Positions 62,467-64,000 of a stretch of 64,000 nt of DNA are shown here, in pieces (within the stretch, counting starts at the first letter, position 1; every line of letters begins with the position of its first letter). Source of the DNA: Pelagibacterales bacterium SAG-MED31 (GTDB lineage: Bacteria > Pseudomonadota > Alphaproteobacteria > HIMB59 > GCA-002718135). The notes below the pieces were generated by a model. It searched no databases and was not told the origin of the DNA. It was given only the letters and a program-made list of their open reading frames with translations. The stretch is from positions 84,798 through 148,797 of the forward strand of contig JACWEB010000001.1 of assembly GCA_014653715.1 (NCBI GenBank), given 5' to 3'. A program made the position numbers and the translations under genes.

Positions 62467-64000
62467 ATACTTTCTTTTTTTTGTGATACTCTTTGTAATG
62501 CTGAATTCAAAAATATTATTGGCCCTAAACCTACTACAACAATAATAAGAGCAGCAAATGAAGACTCTTGTAAAAGCTCATCAGAAGCATATTGATAAAC
62601 ATATGTGGCCAAGGTTTCAAAATTAAATGGACGTAACAAAAGAGTAATAGGAAGTTCTTTCAATATATCTACAAAAACTAATATTCCTCCAATTAATATG
62701 TTGGATAATATTAAAGGCATAATTACAATTTTTACCCCTCTAAAAAATCCAGCACCCATCGTTAAAGATGCATCCATAGCATTTGGATGAATTTTTAAAA
62801 TTCCTGATCTGATAGATGCATTACCTACCGCTAAGAATCTAACTATGTAAGCAAATATTAAAACAATAAATCCACCTGCAAAATAACTAAGGTGAAAATG
62901 TAGATATTCATTAATCCACCCTAAAAAAATTACCATTCCAACAGCCAAAATTGTTCCTGGTAATGCATAACCGCATGATGCTAAAAAGATTATCGATTTT
63001 TGTAAATTATTTGATTTATAATTAGAAATTATAATTAAAAAAATTGAGACAAGCATTACAAAAAAAGCACCTGTGAAAGCTAAAGTAATGCTAAAAAAAG
63101 ATGTGTAAAAAATTTGTTTAAAATCAATAATAGAAAAACCACTGAGTATAAAATTTAATAATACAGACACAGGGATCACAAATCCAATTATAATAGGGAT
63201 TAGGCAAATAAAAAAACATATTATTTTATGAATATTTGATGATGACTTTGACTCTATCATATTTTGGCCGCTACTTTTTTCGTGAAATCTTTGGTTCCTT
63301 CTTGCAAGATATTCAATGGTTAACAAGACAACAACAAAAACAAATAAGACAGAAGATATTTGGGAAGCTCCTGATAAACTATTCATTCCAAGCCACACAT
63401 TAAAAACTCCTAATGTTAATGTCTCAAGAGCAAAATACTCAACTGTTCCAAAGTCTGATACAGTCTCCATTAAAACCAAAGCTAAACCTGCTATAATGCC
63501 TGGCCTTGCAAGAGGTAAAGCAACACTAAAAAAAGTATTTCTTCCATATATCATACTTGTTTGAAAAAAAGAGATTGGGACGGTTAAAAAAGAAGCTCTA
63601 GTTGTCATGTAAATATAGGGATACAAAACAAATGACATTACAAATATTGCACCTTCCATTGATCGTATTTCTGGGAACCAGTATTCTTCTGCATTTTGAA
63701 AATTAAAAAATTCTCTTATAATTTTTTGTACAGGGCCAGCATACTCTAAAAAATCTGTGTATGTATAAGCAATAATATAAGCAGGCACCGCAGCTGGTAA
63801 TAATAAAGCCCACTCAAAAAAACTTCTTCCAAAAAAATTATACCTTGTTACTACCCATGCTGTAGATACACCCAATAAAGAACTTAATATTCCAACTCCT
63901 ATCATCAAGATAACAGTATTTGAAATATAACGTGGTAATACCGTAGAAAATAAATGAGGCCATAAAGAAGTATCTCCTAGAAGAGCTGAATAAAAGATTG
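62463..64000 (-). CDS. Two-domain iron(III)-type ABC permease (FbpB-like), N-terminus beyond window
   Basis: The ORF track starts it at TTG 63908. The same frame stays open to the window end (..SALLGDTSLWPHLFSTVLPRYISNTVILMIGVG..), a typical FbpB N-terminal block, so the gene is 5'-truncated here. Confidence 0.7.
   Translation of the reverse strand, partial: IFYSALLGDTSLWPHLFSTVLPRYISNTVILMIGVGILSSLLGVSTAWVVTRYNFFGRSFFEWALLLPAAVPAYIIAYTYTDFLEYAGPVQKIIREFFNFQNAEEYWFPEIRSMEGAIFVMSFVLYPYIYMTTRASFLTVPISFFQTSMIYGRNTFFSVALPLARPGIIAGLALVLMETVSDFGTVEYFALETLTLGVFNVWLGMNSLSGASQISSVLFVFVVVLLTIEYLARRNQRFHEKSSGQNMIESKSSSNIHKIICFFICLIPIIIGFVIPVSVLLNFILSGFSIIDFKQIFYTSFFSITLAFTGAFFVMLVSIFLIIISNYKSNNLQKSIIFLASCGYALPGTILAVGMVIFLGWINEYLHFHLSYFAGGFIVLIFAYIVRFLAVGNASIRSGILKIHPNAMDASLTMGAGFFRGVKIVIMPLILSNILIGGILVFVDILKELPITLLLRPFNFETLATYVYQYASDELLQESSFAALIIVVVGLGPIIFLNSALQRVSQKKESI

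Overview
Strongly AT-rich, very gene-dense chromosome segment with tiny or overlapping spacers. It carries alphaproteobacterial markers (FYDLN_acid, zf-CHCC, miaB-phoH-ybeY-corC-lnt order). It is most consistent with a streamlined marine Pelagibacterales (SAR11)-type genome; this is inference, no search was run. Layout by position: (1) 0-11 kb is housekeeping: lnt, corC, ybeY, phoH, miaB, rimI, tsaB, a deacetylase, a Bax-like glucosaminidase, Nfu, trpS, murJ. (2) 11.2-14.6 kb is a Zur-controlled zinc uptake locus: znuA, Zur box, znuC, znuB, zur. It has an extreme His/Asp loop in ZnuA and an unannotated micro-ORF beside it. (3) 15-22.6 kb is one long minus-strand pho operon: SET-domain gene, phoR, pstS, pstC, pstA, pstB, phoU, phoB. 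(4) 22.7-27.1 kb holds a MIP channel with arsC, a DUF47-PiT phosphate transporter pair, and a PhnZ-like HD-domain oxygenase paired with a Cys-phosphatase. (5) 27.1-52.5 kb is a roughly 24 kb phosphorus-scavenging island bracketed by two paralogous EamA genes. It contains the phnS/T/U 2-aminoethylphosphonate (AEP) importer, an FAD aminophosphonate oxidoreductase, an SDR, a betaine-type ProVXW-like ABC transporter, phnW and an AllA-like cupin. It also contains a metallophosphoesterase, an uncharacterised MetE-like/Fe-ADH/methyltransferase-like trio, phnY-phnA and a Ugp-like ABC transporter. (6) 52.5-64 kb is housekeeping again: small zinc-ribbon proteins, MFS, msrPQ, a family-5 binding protein, EamA, a PfkB kinase, a deaminase, an M48 protease, and an iron-type ABC. 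A phased direct repeat (xTGTAAy every 11 bp) recurs upstream of the P-related transcription units; I read it as the local Pho box. I recognised no rRNA, tRNA, CRISPR array, transposase, integrase or phage gene. All family assignments come from motifs read by eye in the supplied translations. No database search was run.
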